From positions 16,633-80,632 of IMG/VR virus record IMGVR_UViG_3300049811_000333: a stretch of 64,000 bases of DNA. One strand, given 5' to 3'. Both the position numbers and the translations under genes were made by a program. Under the pieces are notes generated by a model. It had not been told where the DNA came from, searched no databases, and worked only from the letters and a program-made list of their open reading frames with translations. Shown here in pieces: positions 8,382 to 17,946 of this stretch; within the stretch, counting starts at the first letter, position 1; every line of letters starts with the position of its first letter. The stretch is from a virus.

Positions 8382-9344
8382 CTAGCGGCCGCGAGCCCTC
8401 GCCGCGGCCTGTTGAAACAGGGGTGAATGATGACCGTAGGTTCGCTCCAGGATCTCGACTGACATGGCGAGGAACCCTGAGGCTTCGTGGTAACTGACGC
8501 CAGACTGCAAGAGCCAAGTCGCGCAGGTGTGGCGGCAGATATGGGGGCCGTCAGGCCCTTGCCCGGCGGCCAGAGCCGTGGAGTTCCAGGCTTTGTGGAC
8601 GCGTTTCACCGGCTCCCCCTTGCGGTGGATGCAGTGCTCAATCCCGGCAGCGAGGTCCAGCCGCTTCCAGCGGCGGAGGTGGGCCAGGAGCCGTTGGTGT
8701 ATCCGGGCCGTCCCTTTTCGCTTATTCGGGGAAATCTCGCGTCCGCGGTGGAGTAGTCCGGCCTGGAGGTCAAACCATCCTGTTGGGCTAGGGGTCCAGG
8801 ACAGTCCGAGGGCGGCTCCAGGCCGGGTTCCGGAGTAAACGCCGATCAGGATCAGGCGGCAGATGTGCCGGTTCCTGTGGCGCGCAATTCGCAATCTCGC
8901 CGCGGCCTGTCCGCGGGTCATGAAATAGCCGGTTCTTGGTTCCGGCTTGGGTGGCATCCAGATTTTCCAAGATCCCGCTATTTCCGACCCCCGCGGACGT
9001 AAAGCGGCGGCAAGGAACTGAAGCTCGTGCCGGATGGTGGCTGGCTTCTTGTTTCGGTGCTGGGCATAGGCCCGGCAGGTCCGCTCGGTCACGTCGGACG
9101 GGTGCATATCCCCCCACCAGGCGATGAGGGGCTTGGCCATGTGCTGACCGAAGTCAGTCTTGGTGGGGTGGTTGCGGAGGTGGGCTTTGAGGATGTCCCG
9201 GAGTGTACCGGAGAGGTACTTTGCTAAGGCTGCCTGAGCCAACTCGGGATCTCGTAAACCCGTCCGGATTTCCCGGCCCTGGTCGAGGATGACCCAGAGG
9301 CCGGATTTCCGGAGATACAGACGCGGTGGTTTTGTGGGGCGCAT
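8382..9344 (-). CDS. int: tyrosine recombinase / phage integrase
   Basis: SGTRPGA (R), HICRHT (HxxR), ERTYGHH (Y); N-terminal PRLYLR..WVILD.G.EI.TG typical of alphaproteobacterial phage integrases. Confidence 0.9.
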   Translation of the reverse strand: MRPTKPPRLYLRKSGLWVILDQGREIRTGLRDPELAQAALAKYLSGTLRDILKAHLRNHPTKTDFGQHMAKPLIAWWGDMHPSDVTERTCRAYAQHRNKKPATIRHELQFLAAALRPRGSEIAGSWKIWMPPKPEPRTGYFMTRGQAAARLRIARHRNRHICRLILIGVYSGTRPGAALGLSWTPSPTGWFDLQAGLLHRGREISPNKRKGTARIHQRLLAHLRRWKRLDLAAGIEHCIHRKGEPVKRVHKAWNSTALAAGQGPDGPHICRHTCATWLLQSGVSYHEASGFLAMSVEILERTYGHHSPLFQQAAARARGR

Positions 9345-9353
9345 GGCCCCAGG

Positions 9354-9602
9354 TTAATGGGCGTTCTTCTTCGCCTCAAGGGCCATGGCCCTGACCTCCT
9401 CCTGGATGCCAAGGATGAACATCTGCACGGACACCTCAAACCCGTAGAGGTTCTGGCGCTGCAGCACCTCCAGGATAATCCGGAGGAGAACCGAGACCCC
9501 GAGATCGGCCGGGGCCTTAGCCTCGTTGAGGTCGGCAACCACCATCTCGTAGAGGGTGTCCATGAGCACGGCTTCTTCGTCCGTGACGGGGCGACTGGGC
9601 AT
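9354..9602 (-). CDS. hypothetical protein
   Basis: ORF in leftward operon. Confidence 0.5.
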   Translation of the reverse strand: MPSRPVTDEEAVLMDTLYEMVVADLNEAKAPADLGVSVLLRIILEVLQRQNLYGFEVSVQMFILGIQEEVRAMALEAKKNAH

Positions 9603-9846
9603 CTATTCTTCCTCCATCACGAGAAGGCTCGACTTCGTCCGGAAGATCTCTTCCGACTCGCGCCGGATCACGTCCGTGACGACGATCATGGCGTTGTTGA
9701 GCTCGCGCTGGGTCCGAGCGGCTCCGAGGCAGTGCGCCATCACGTCCGCCAGGACGTTGATGACGCTGCCGCTGTCGAGGCCGTGCCGGTCAATGCACAG
9801 GAAGACGTCGTGCCGCAAGGCTTGCAGCACGGGCTGCTGGAAATCA

Positions 9847-10269
9847 CTAGGCTGCAACGGAGGTATCCTTTTCCCTGAGAACGGTTCGCACCAGGGCGTG
9901 AACCGCTTCCTGGCATTCGTCCGGGCTTTCGAGGAGGGTGGGCTCCAGGAAGGCCATCATCTCGCGCACGCAGGTCTGCTCGCTGTGCGTCAGCCGAGCT
10001 CGGACCGGGTTCACGACAATCCGGACCCCAGTCATGATCGCATTGATCCTGGTGCTGGGATTGAAGTGGATCTTCTCCTTGGCCAGGAGGTGGTAGAGCG
10101 GGCGCCGGTAGACCTTGGCGAGGTCGCTCAGGGTCTTGAAGGATTTGGGTGGCTCCCAGGCCCCGAGAATTTTCCCGGCCCATGCGGTTCCATGTGGGAT
10201 CTCTTTCGCCGCGGCGATGCAGAAAACTCCCAGAAACCAGACGCGCGCCTTGTCGCTCGGCGTCTCCAT
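9847..10269 (-). CDS. hypothetical protein
   Basis: 140-aa ORF coupled to neighbours. Confidence 0.5.
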   Translation of the reverse strand: METPSDKARVWFLGVFCIAAAKEIPHGTAWAGKILGAWEPPKSFKTLSDLAKVYRRPLYHLLAKEKIHFNPSTRINAIMTGVRIVVNPVRARLTHSEQTCVREMMAFLEPTLLESPDECQEAVHALVRTVLREKDTSVAA

Positions 10270-10484
10270 CAGATGTCCTTTCCGTTCTGAAACTCACACT
10301 TCCAGCGCTTGATGAACCAGTTTTCGGTCATGCCTGGATGCTCCGAGGCCCACTGCGAGATGATCTGCTGCGAGGCCATCATGCAGGTCAGAGGGCTGAT
10401 GCCCTCGTCAGCTATCGTCAGCGGGTAGTCCCGGCAGCGGCGTGGGTCCCCGATCATGCACAGCGTCATCACAAGGCTCAGCAT
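10269..10484 (-). CDS. small Cys-containing exported-type protein (Rhizobiales-like)
   Basis: MLSLVMTLC..C...CMMASQ..ISQW..EHP...IKRWKC. Confidence 0.55.
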   Translation of the reverse strand: MLSLVMTLCMIGDPRRCRDYPLTIADEGISPLTCMMASQQIISQWASEHPGMTENWFIKRWKCEFQNGKDI

Positions 10485-10761
10485 TTTCCCTCCGGATGAG
10501 GGCGATGGTCCCGTTCGAGCGCACAACGTAGGTGACCCGGAGGCCGCTCTGGTCGAGTGCGTCGAGAAGTTCCAGCGCCTGCTTCTGAGAGAGCTCGAAG
10601 GTCTTGGGGACCAGCCAGGGCGAGACACCCGGATCGATGGGCACGCACAAGCGTGCCCCATCTTCCACATGCGCGCGCAAGGACTTAGCCGTTAGCCCCC
10701 CGTTCTCTCGAATGTCACCGAGAACTCCCTGGGTTACAGTGTGAGTCCGGTTCCAGAACAT
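10408..10761 (-). CDS. hypothetical protein
   Basis: Directly downstream of promoter TTGCCG-N17-TAAGAT. Confidence 0.5.
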   Translation of the reverse strand: MFWNRTHTVTQGVLGDIRENGGLTAKSLRAHVEDGARLCVPIDPGVSPWLVPKTFELSQKQALELLDALDQSGLRVTYVVRSNGTIALIRRENAEPCDDAVHDRGPTPLPGLPADDS

Positions 10762-10763
10762 TA

Positions 10764-10792
10764 ATCTTACTCCCTGTGTATACGTTCGGCAA
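10764..10792 (-). promoter_or_regulatory. sigma70-like promoter with GTATACACAGGG in the spacer
   Basis: Minus strand TTGCCG-aacgtatacacagggag-TAAGAT. Confidence 0.6.
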
Positions 10793-10794
10793 TT

Positions 10795-11085
10795 CTATTT
10801 GTGGATAGCACGGAGCCAAATGAACGCATCCTTGGGGCTCCCGGCGGCTTTCATACCCGCCTGCTCCAGAGCGACGAGTTCCTTGGTGGTGCCCATGCCA
10901 TCGATGTCGTTATCGGCGGCAATCCCGGCCTGATGGATAGCCTTCACCCTGGCTGGGCCGAGAGAGGTGAGCACGCGGTCGATCTCGATGAGGCCGCGAG
11001 CCAGCGCGGCCATGCGGTCGTCAAAGCCCTTGGCGCTCACCTCGAAGGTGTAGCCAAACGCCTCCAGGCTGGGGCTGTCATCCAT
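10795..11085 (-). CDS. hypothetical protein
   Basis: ORF in leftward operon. Confidence 0.5.
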   Translation of the reverse strand: MDDSPSLEAFGYTFEVSAKGFDDRMAALARGLIEIDRVLTSLGPARVKAIHQAGIAADNDIDGMGTTKELVALEQAGMKAAGSPKDAFIWLRAIHK

Positions 11086-11299
11086 GAGATACCCCTATGA
11101 TCTTCAAGGCCTTCTCTGGCAGGCGCGCGCCCATGGCGTAGGCCCACTCGATGTCGGCGCGCTTGGTGCGCTCGATGCCAATGAGGTGGTCTGAGCCCAC
11201 CCTGGTGATGGCCATGGCTTTCGCCAGTCGCATGTTCCGGACGTTGAAGTCGCAGATGGCCATGCCGTGGTCGGTGTAGATGGTGTAGAGACCCTTCAT
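11078..11299 (-). CDS. hypothetical protein
   Basis: GGAGG RBS; overlaps neighbours. Confidence 0.5.
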   Translation of the reverse strand: MKGLYTIYTDHGMAICDFNVRNMRLAKAMAITRVGSDHLIGIERTKRADIEWAYAMGARLPEKALKIIGVSHG

Positions 11300-11658
11300 G
11301 CTCTGGGTGCCTCCCCCAGGAGGAGAAGCCGGACAAAGCGATCCGCCTGCCGGGCCGAGAAGTTCCCCTTCTCGAAGGTGGCGAGGATGTCGGGGTGCTT
11401 CTCCGCGACCGTCAGGAGAGCGGAGCAGAGGTCGTCGAAGTCGACAGTGACGTGCTTACCGTTGGCCCAGGCCTCGATCTCGAAGGGCGAGCGCCAGAAA
11501 TCCCGGCAAGCGTAAAAGGGATCAATCGTGTTCAGGCCCTTGATTTTCCGGATCTCCTCGATCCAGTCCGAGTTCTCGATCCCGACCACAATCAGGTCGG
11601 AGAGGGTCTGGGGAGCAAGGGTCGTGAAGGTCGGCCCAGTCGGCTGGTTCATCGTCAA
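11296..11658 (-). CDS. hypothetical protein
   Basis: 120-aa ORF in leftward operon. Confidence 0.55.
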   Translation of the reverse strand: MTMNQPTGPTFTTLAPQTLSDLIVVGIENSDWIEEIRKIKGLNTIDPFYACRDFWRSPFEIEAWANGKHVTVDFDDLCSALLTVAEKHPDILATFEKGNFSARQADRFVRLLLLGEAPRA

Positions 11659-11775
11659 TCTTCTCTATCAGAACAGCATGGTGGGCGTGGTGGGTGCCCC
11701 GGAGGTCATCCGAGAGCACCCATCCAGGCGGGACGGGCTTGCCATGAGGTAGGTACTGGACAAGCCCGCGCTTTC

Positions 11776-12012
11776 TCACAGACGGAGGCCCGTGAGCTCG
11801 GACGGCGTCACGCCCAGGGCCTTGGCGGTCCGGAGCACGAAGCTGAGCGAGGGGTTCTTGATGCGGCCGTTCTCGATGTGCGACAGCACGGCCTGAGGAA
11901 CCCCGGTCTTCTTGTTGAGGTCGAGTTGGGTCAGACCCCGCTGCTTCCGGAGGGCGCGGATGTTCTTCGAGATGCGCGCGGCGATCTTGGGGTCGAGGCT
12001 TGCACGAATCAT
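11776..12012 (-). CDS. XRE-family HTH transcriptional regulator
   Basis: NIRALRKQRGLTQLDL...VPQAVLSHIENG..KNPSL....AKALGV. Confidence 0.9.
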   Translation of the reverse strand: MIRASLDPKIAARISKNIRALRKQRGLTQLDLNKKTGVPQAVLSHIENGRIKNPSLSFVLRTAKALGVTPSELTGLRL

Positions 12013-12023
12013 GTGGTCTCCTG

Positions 12024-13106
12024 TTAGGCGGCTTCCGCCAGTTGACGCCATTCGTTCTTGTTGAGCTCGATGAGCTTGCCGCCCATCACTTCAAACTCGC
12101 TGGCTCGATTGTAGTCAGCGAGGTCTTCCGCGGTCCGGGTGATGGCGTTGAACAGCCCATACCGCGTCAAATCTCCGTTCTGGATCAGGTGCTTAAGGAC
12201 GGAGCCCTTCTCTTCCTGGGTCCAGCCGAAGGTCTTGGCCGAGAGGTCCACCGTTTGCAGCGGGTCACCCTCGATCTTCTGCTGCGCCAGTCCGGCGATC
12301 TCGTTGCACGAGGCCTGGAACTTGGCTTCGTCAAAGGCCGCGGTGACTACGTCGCGCAGCTGCGCCCAGAGCGCGGCGTCGGTGAGCCTCCGGGTCTGCT
12401 CGGAGAGCATGGACATGATCTGCTCGCCCAGGTCATGGCGGCTGCCGACGTGGTACTTGCGCATGCCCTTCTCGGCGAACGTCGCCAGGTTCGTGCAGCC
12501 CTTGGTGTAGACCCCGGCCTGAACCGAGAGAGCCCCGGCCCCAACCTCGGAATTCGAGACGATGATCGCCGGAGACAGCGTGTCGAAGATGGTGTGCGTC
12601 CCGTCGCCCCACTTATGGCCAGTCGGGATGTCGCGCATCATCTGCGGGTCCACGGCCTTGATGTAGAGCCTGGTTTCGGTGAGTTCGCAGGACAGGATCT
12701 CCAGCTTCCGGTCCCGCATGATCGGGAGGACAGCGGTGGCCAGGTCGAAGTTCTCCAGCGGCCGGTAGCGATCCGAGAGCACGGCCCGAGCGTTGCCGTC
12801 CAGTGTCCGGATCATGCGCGGCGCCGGGTTCTTCTTGAACCAGACATCGACGTTGGTGGCGAGGAGTGTCGGCGCCTCGGCACGCATTTTGTCGTAATAC
12901 TTCTTGGGGATGCCGGTATATTCCGAGATCTGACCATGGGCATGGTTGTTGACGCCGACGTGCTCGCGCTCGGCGAGCACGAGGCCCATCTTGCCGTCGA
13001 TGATCTCCGGACGGACGTGCTCGGTTGAGACCACGTAGTCCTTCTTGCTTTCGACTTGCCGCTCCAATTCGGTGGCAAGCTCGACAATGCTGCGTCCGCG
13101 TTTCAT
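12024..13106 (-). CDS. DUF932/DUF945-like protein
   Basis: RAVLSDRY, IIVSNSEVGAG, CTNLA, YGLFNAIT motifs; AAGGAG RBS. Confidence 0.75.
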   Translation of the reverse strand: MKRGRSIVELATELERQVESKKDYVVSTEHVRPEIIDGKMGLVLAEREHVGVNNHAHGQISEYTGIPKKYYDKMRAEAPTLLATNVDVWFKKNPAPRMIRTLDGNARAVLSDRYRPLENFDLATAVLPIMRDRKLEILSCELTETRLYIKAVDPQMMRDIPTGHKWGDGTHTIFDTLSPAIIVSNSEVGAGALSVQAGVYTKGCTNLATFAEKGMRKYHVGSRHDLGEQIMSMLSEQTRRLTDAALWAQLRDVVTAAFDEAKFQASCNEIAGLAQQKIEGDPLQTVDLSAKTFGWTQEEKGSVLKHLIQNGDLTRYGLFNAITRTAEDLADYNRASEFEVMGGKLIELNKNEWRQLAEAA

Positions 13107-13126
13107 AGTGTCTCCTTTGTGTTGAC

Positions 13127-13155
13127 GTTATAGTGCATGCGAAATGAATACGCAA
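13127..13155 (-). promoter_or_regulatory. sigma70-like promoter for the DUF932-like gene
   Basis: Minus strand TTGCGT-N17-TATAAC. Confidence 0.7.
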
Positions 13156-13160
13156 TAGGC

Positions 13161-13439
13161 CTACCAATCGTAGGTGGCGAGGCCTTCAGCGGGATCCGCG
13201 TCCTGGTCGAGGCGAACCCAGTGGAAGCCGTGCGTCACGCCCCAGTCGATGACCTTTCTGAGGTCGTCGGGGCAGGTGTCGTCGGCCGCTTCTGGATTGC
13301 AGTAGAGCATCCAGCCATAGGGGCCGCGCATTCCAGACACGGGCCAGTGTGCAGGGTCGCAAGCGTCGAGCCAATTCGCGGTGCCCTGGCTGATGTGGCC
13401 GGTCGAGATGACCGCCGCCGTCATGGTCTCCACTCTCAT
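13161..13439 (-). CDS. DUF5983-like protein
   Basis: ISTGHI...YGW...PDDL...WVRLDQDA...LATYDW. Confidence 0.6.
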   Translation of the reverse strand: MRVETMTAAVISTGHISQGTANWLDACDPAHWPVSGMRGPYGWMLYCNPEAADDTCPDDLRKVIDWGVTHGFHWVRLDQDADPAEGLATYDW

Positions 13440-13627
13440 CGCTTGCTCCTGTCGGTGAGGCCGATGATGAGTGGCAGGCCAATCAGTGGCGACATCACAA
13501 GGGAGATCACGAAGTAGAGGAGGCCGTCACGGCCTTTGCTCACGGCGATGAAGCCGGACACGAGGGACCACATCACCCAGAAGTAGAGCAGCGCGATAGC
13601 GCTGGCCTGGCCTGTCTCGATCATCAT
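13436..13627 (-). CDS. small membrane protein
   Basis: Two hydrophobic segments flanking AVSKGR. Confidence 0.6.
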   Translation of the reverse strand: MMIETGQASAIALLYFWVMWSLVSGFIAVSKGRDGLLYFVISLVMSPLIGLPLIIGLTDRSKR

Positions 13628-15205
13628 GCGTTTCCTTTCGGCTTGGAGGTTACGGTGAGGACCGTGTCGAAGGTGGGAACGAGGACTTGGTCGATGAACT
13701 TCTTATGCACCTCGCGCTGCATCTCGATGGAGGCCTCCTTGAAAAGGAACTGGATGACGAGATTGAGGGCGACGGCCAGGGATGTCATGGCCCCAAGTCC
13801 ATTGGGCGCTAGCGTCATGGCCATGTCGGCAAGAGAGGCCCCGACAGGCAGCGCCTCCTTGGAGGAGGACTCAAGGCCCGCAAGTTCCTCCGGCGTGAAA
13901 TCGAACTCCGTCATGTGATGTCTCCGTAGTTTTTCTTGATTTCATAGCCGAGGCTCCATGAGAGCCGGTTGGCGTAGGCCTCCGCGGAAGCGAGGGCTTG
14001 CGCGAGGCCGTAATCGTCTTCCGGGTCAGACCACGAGAAGACCTGGTCATGTTGTTCGTGGTCTTCGAGCCCGTCCGGGCTCGCGACATAGACGCAGACG
14101 CACTCGCCGACCTTGTCGATGTCGATGTGGATGGTTGCGGTCATTCTTCCTCCCTGTCGACCCACACCCAGGCGAGGACGTAGGCGCCATTGTCCGAGGG
14201 CGAGATCGTTGGCAGGTCATCAATCTCGATGACCCCGTCATCGTTGAATTGCTGGTAGGCCTTCTCGCGGAAGGCATAGCCCTCCGGCGAGGACATATCC
14301 CTGGTGAGGTCCCAGATGATCTTGAGGGCCGGATGATCCTCAGGCAGGTCCTGCACGATGGTGCGCACCACGTCGGCGCTGAGGCCGTAGGTGCCAACGG
14401 CCGGGATAATGGGCTTCACTTGATTTCCTCCACCTCGTCGAGAGGGTAGATGGTCTCGTCGTATTCGCGCACGCCTTCGCGTTCCCACTTGCCCTCGTAT
14501 TTGTAGTCGCGAGCAATGTTGCGGGCTTGTGCGGCGTCGTCGGCCTCAACCTCTGTCGTGTATTCGACGTAGGCGTCCTTGAGGCACATCACGCGGAACT
14601 TTTTCATTCCCATTCCTCCTCATCTGGGGGTGCTGCGAGCCCGAGAATTTCCTGGGCGCGTGCCTTGTCGACCTCGAAGGTGACGTGCAGGAGATAGCCT
14701 CGCCCGAGGAATTTTTTCTGGCGCTGGACGTGGACGATCTCGATCTCCTTGCCGGTTGCCCAGTCCACGAGGTCTTTCGTGTCCTCGAAGGTCCACCAGA
14801 GCTTGCCCTTCATGACGCCGCACCCACGGTGAGGGTGTGGCCATCAACGCCGATGGCGACGGTGAAGTCGGGGGACCCGTCCGGTCCGGCGGCATAGACG
14901 GATGCTTCATCCGGCGTCTTCCAGTCCTGGTCTTCGAGCGCGGGCCCGTCCAGGTCATGTTCTGTCGAGGTGCCGTCCATCCAGAGCAGATGGAGCACGC
15001 CATAACACACGTAGTAGCTCCGGACATCGTTCCAGGTCTTGCCCTCTGGAAGCTCCACAGCCTCAGCGGCGCTGAAGGTGTAGACGGTCTCAACGTAGAT
15101 GGTTTCCATCAGAAGGCCTCCCAGACGTAGATGCTGTTGCGGGTCCGGAAGCGCACGCGCGTCTCCGTCTCCTCCAGGATTTCTGTGATGATCGAGGTCT
15201 GCCAC
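13624..15205 (-). other. run of about 6 small translationally coupled hypothetical CDSs
   Basis: ORFs 13624-13914, 13911-14165, 14141-14488, 14416-14613, 14604-14813, 14810-15205 with overlapping stop/start and RBSs. Confidence 0.55.
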
Positions 15206-15484
15206 CAGTCTTGCGCCTGGTAGGTGCGGGCGTAGGGAGAGCCAACGGCGATCCCGTAGCCAACCTTGGGGCGGGGCCCTTGGTTCTCGGCGTCATCTCC
15301 GAACAGGAGGCGAGACATCGGTCCGCTGTCCCCGGCTCCGTCGCCTTCACGGCGTAGGCTGTATCTCATTTTGCAATCCTCCGGGCCCTATCGACGAGGT
15401 AGTGCAGCCAAGACCGAAGGAGGTCGGTCTCGATCTCATCGGGGTTTAACTTTGCCACCATTTGAACGAACTCTGTTTCTTCGT

Positions 15485-15784
15485 TCACGCAGCCTCCTTG
15501 TCCCGTTTCCGAGAGGTGACCTGGTCGTATTCCGAAAGCTTGGTGCGGAGGTCCCACCATTCTTGGCCGTACTCCTGCACCACCTTGTCCTTGTCGATCC
15601 CGGACCGCTTCATGCGCGCCACCGTGATCGTGTAGTCGTGGCCGAGAAGCACGGGAACCTGACGGGCGAGGATCTCTTCGCGGAGTTGCTTCATCCGCTT
15701 TTCGAGATCCTTCGCCATCTCGTTGAGGGAGCCGAACTCGTCCGCGAGTTCGGCGATCCCGTAGTTGTCGAGGGTGTTGGTCAT
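15485..15784 (-). CDS. hypothetical protein
   Basis: LADEFG..coiled coil..ID...V; GAAGGA RBS. Confidence 0.6.
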   Translation of the reverse strand: MTNTLDNYGIAELADEFGSLNEMAKDLEKRMKQLREEILARQVPVLLGHDYTITVARMKRSGIDKDKVVQEYGQEWWDLRTKLSEYDQVTSRKRDKEAA

Positions 15785-16038
15785 TCCTTCACTCCCTTCA
15801 GTTGTTCGATGTGGTCCTTGATGGCCTGCGCGTCGTAGATGCTGAACGCGGAGATGGCATCGTTGAGGCTGGTTGCTGTCCGCCACCAGACGTTACGAGC
15901 CGGGTGTCCGGGCATGAGGCCATCGGGTTCGAGGTCTTCGATCTTGACGCAGATGCTGAGGAGAAGCTCCCGAGCCCGGAGCGCCTCTTGCGCGAGGCTG
16001 ATGAGCTTCTTGTATTCGGCAAGGCGTTCGTTGTTCAT
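15781..16038 (-). CDS. hypothetical protein
   Basis: GAGGA RBS; coupled to next gene. Confidence 0.5.
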   Translation of the reverse strand: MNNERLAEYKKLISLAQEALRARELLLSICVKIEDLEPDGLMPGHPARNVWWRTATSLNDAISAFSIYDAQAIKDHIEQLKGVKE

Positions 16039-16382
16039 GGTTTTTCCTCGAAGCAAGGGCAAGTCTCAGCAAACTCACCGCGCGCATCAATCCGTTCGCG
16101 TCGGCACCATTGCCAGGTCAATGGCGTGACAACATCCCAGGTGCATTCGTAGAGGCCGTAGTCGTCCCAGCCGATGTCCGGATCGCAGAGCGTCTCCCCG
16201 ACGTGAACGCAGCGAGAGCAATGCTTCATGGCGCGTCATGCTCCCAGAGAGATTTGACAGGCCCGTAGACCTGGTGGTGGTAGCGCCAGTAGAGGCGGGC
16301 GAGGCGGTTGAACATGGCGGGGTCTTTCGCGCGCTGTTTCTTGCGGCGGTATTTCCGGAGGCGATGCGCGGCGCTGGTCATG

Positions 16383-16766
16383 TCATGCTCCGAACCAGAA
16401 CTGTTGCGCGTACCAGAGGATGGCGTCTTCCTCTTCTTGCGAGACGACAACGTCAGCCCATGGTTTCCACCAGTCTTGCCACTGGAGGCGAGCGGTGCAG
16501 GGTTCGAGGAATTCGGTGAGTTCGCCGACGATGCGGATCGCCGGGCCTCCGGTGCCAAGGAGGATTTCGTATTCCTCCGGCAGAGCTTCGTGTTCTTGCC
16601 CCGGAGAGAACCAGCCGGTGCGAACCAGTACCGAGAGAGGCTCTTCTTGGACACGCTCTCGGAGATTAGCCGCGTCCTCGTACTGGCCATCCAGCATGAG
16701 GGCGTCGTGCTGCTTGTTGAGTTCGAGGATGCGTTCAGCCGTGCTTCTTCCGATGCACTCCGTCAT
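16383..16766 (-). CDS. conserved phage early protein
   Basis: PLSV.VR.GW...EYEILLGTGGPA.RI.GEL...LQWQDW; GGAGG RBS. Confidence 0.7.
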   Translation of the reverse strand: MTECIGRSTAERILELNKQHDALMLDGQYEDAANLRERVQEEPLSVLVRTGWFSPGQEHEALPEEYEILLGTGGPAIRIVGELTEFLEPCTARLQWQDWWKPWADVVVSQEEEDAILWYAQQFWFGA

Positions 16767-16922
16767 GTTTGCCTCCCTGGATGAGGTGGAAGTTGCCGCG
16801 CCGGATGAGGGGGTCATCCGGCGCATAGACATCGCGTCCATCGCGCGACTTCCACAGAATGAAGAGAGCGCACGCAGCACCTAGCGCCCATGACGTGAGG
16901 AGAAAGTAACCGAGCGCAGCGA

Positions 16923-17936
16923 TCATCGTGCGGCCTCGTCAATCTCCTCTTTCGAGAGCTTGTCGGACGGGTAGGTCGAGTAGCCGAGCGAGGACCAGAT
17001 GTGATCCTCGATCTCCTCAGCTGTGACGCCGTTCATCTCCAGGAAGTCCGCGACGTCGTCGGGACGAGAGCGAGCAAGCTCCCGGAGCCGCGCGAATTGC
17101 GATCCCGACGTGAGGGACATCGTCTCGCGATCATACGGGTCAGAAAACCGGGAGTTGTAGCTCCGAAAGGAATTGTGCCAGCCGTCATCGCCGGGCGTGC
17201 GCTCGATGATGAGCGACGAGAGGTCGGCGTTGATGACCGCATCGCGGAGCTTGAAGAGGTATTCCACGTCGAGGGTCTCGTCTCGCGAGTGCTCGTTGAC
17301 GAACCCGACCGAGACGTTGGAGCACTCCGCGATGATGTCGGAATAGTTGGCGGTATCCGTGAAGATGCCGCCGTCGTCCGGCTTGTGATCCATGCCGAGA
17401 GCAAACGCGAGGCTCCGGGCGAAGGCGTCCGAGGCCGTCATGCCCCACCCTTGGTGGGTGATGATGGACTGGGTCCTGCGCCGGTCGAAGGCGACGGCCG
17501 CCTCGATGCCTTGCAAGAGGTGTTGATTGTGCGCGGCGAAATACTTGCTACCGACGCCGCCGGTCTCCTCCTGGCGGTGGAACACGTAGAGGCCCGGAAC
17601 CCCGGCAAGGATCATCTCGCGCAGCATCCAGACCCCGGCCGCGTTGTCCGCTCCGAGGCAATTGGACTCTTTCTCCTCGCGGTGCAGCTTGAGCTTGGTT
17701 CCCTTGAGGGCGATGCGTTGCTTGCCAGCGGTGATGTGAACGCTGTCGGTGTGTGCTGACCACAGGATGCGAGGGCTGTCCCCGATCTTGAGGTAGCGGT
17801 TGCCCTGGTTGTCGCACTCAGCACCCAGTGAGGTGATGAAGCGCTTGATGAAGTCGCGCTCCGAGTTGGAGCCATGCGGCCTGCGATACAGGAGCATGGC
17901 GATGAGCGCTTCGTAGTCCGCGTGTGCGGGTTTCAT
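16923..17936 (-). CDS. Zn-dependent peptidase, M28/M20-like
   Basis: AHTDSVH, LGADNAAG, HRQEETGGVGS, AFDRR, FTDTANY, NVSVGF.NEH metal-ligand motifs. Confidence 0.85.
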   Translation of the reverse strand: MKPAHADYEALIAMLLYRRPHGSNSERDFIKRFITSLGAECDNQGNRYLKIGDSPRILWSAHTDSVHITAGKQRIALKGTKLKLHREEKESNCLGADNAAGVWMLREMILAGVPGLYVFHRQEETGGVGSKYFAAHNQHLLQGIEAAVAFDRRRTQSIITHQGWGMTASDAFARSLAFALGMDHKPDDGGIFTDTANYSDIIAECSNVSVGFVNEHSRDETLDVEYLFKLRDAVINADLSSLIIERTPGDDGWHNSFRSYNSRFSDPYDRETMSLTSGSQFARLRELARSRPDDVADFLEMNGVTAEEIEDHIWSSLGYSTYPSDKLSKEEIDEAAR

Positions 17937-17946
17937 TGTGTCCTTT

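Noticed and set aside
11776-12012. XRE gene as the cI of a divergent cI/cro switch
   Set aside because: It is co-oriented inside the early operon, has no peptidase domain and no divergent partner in the window
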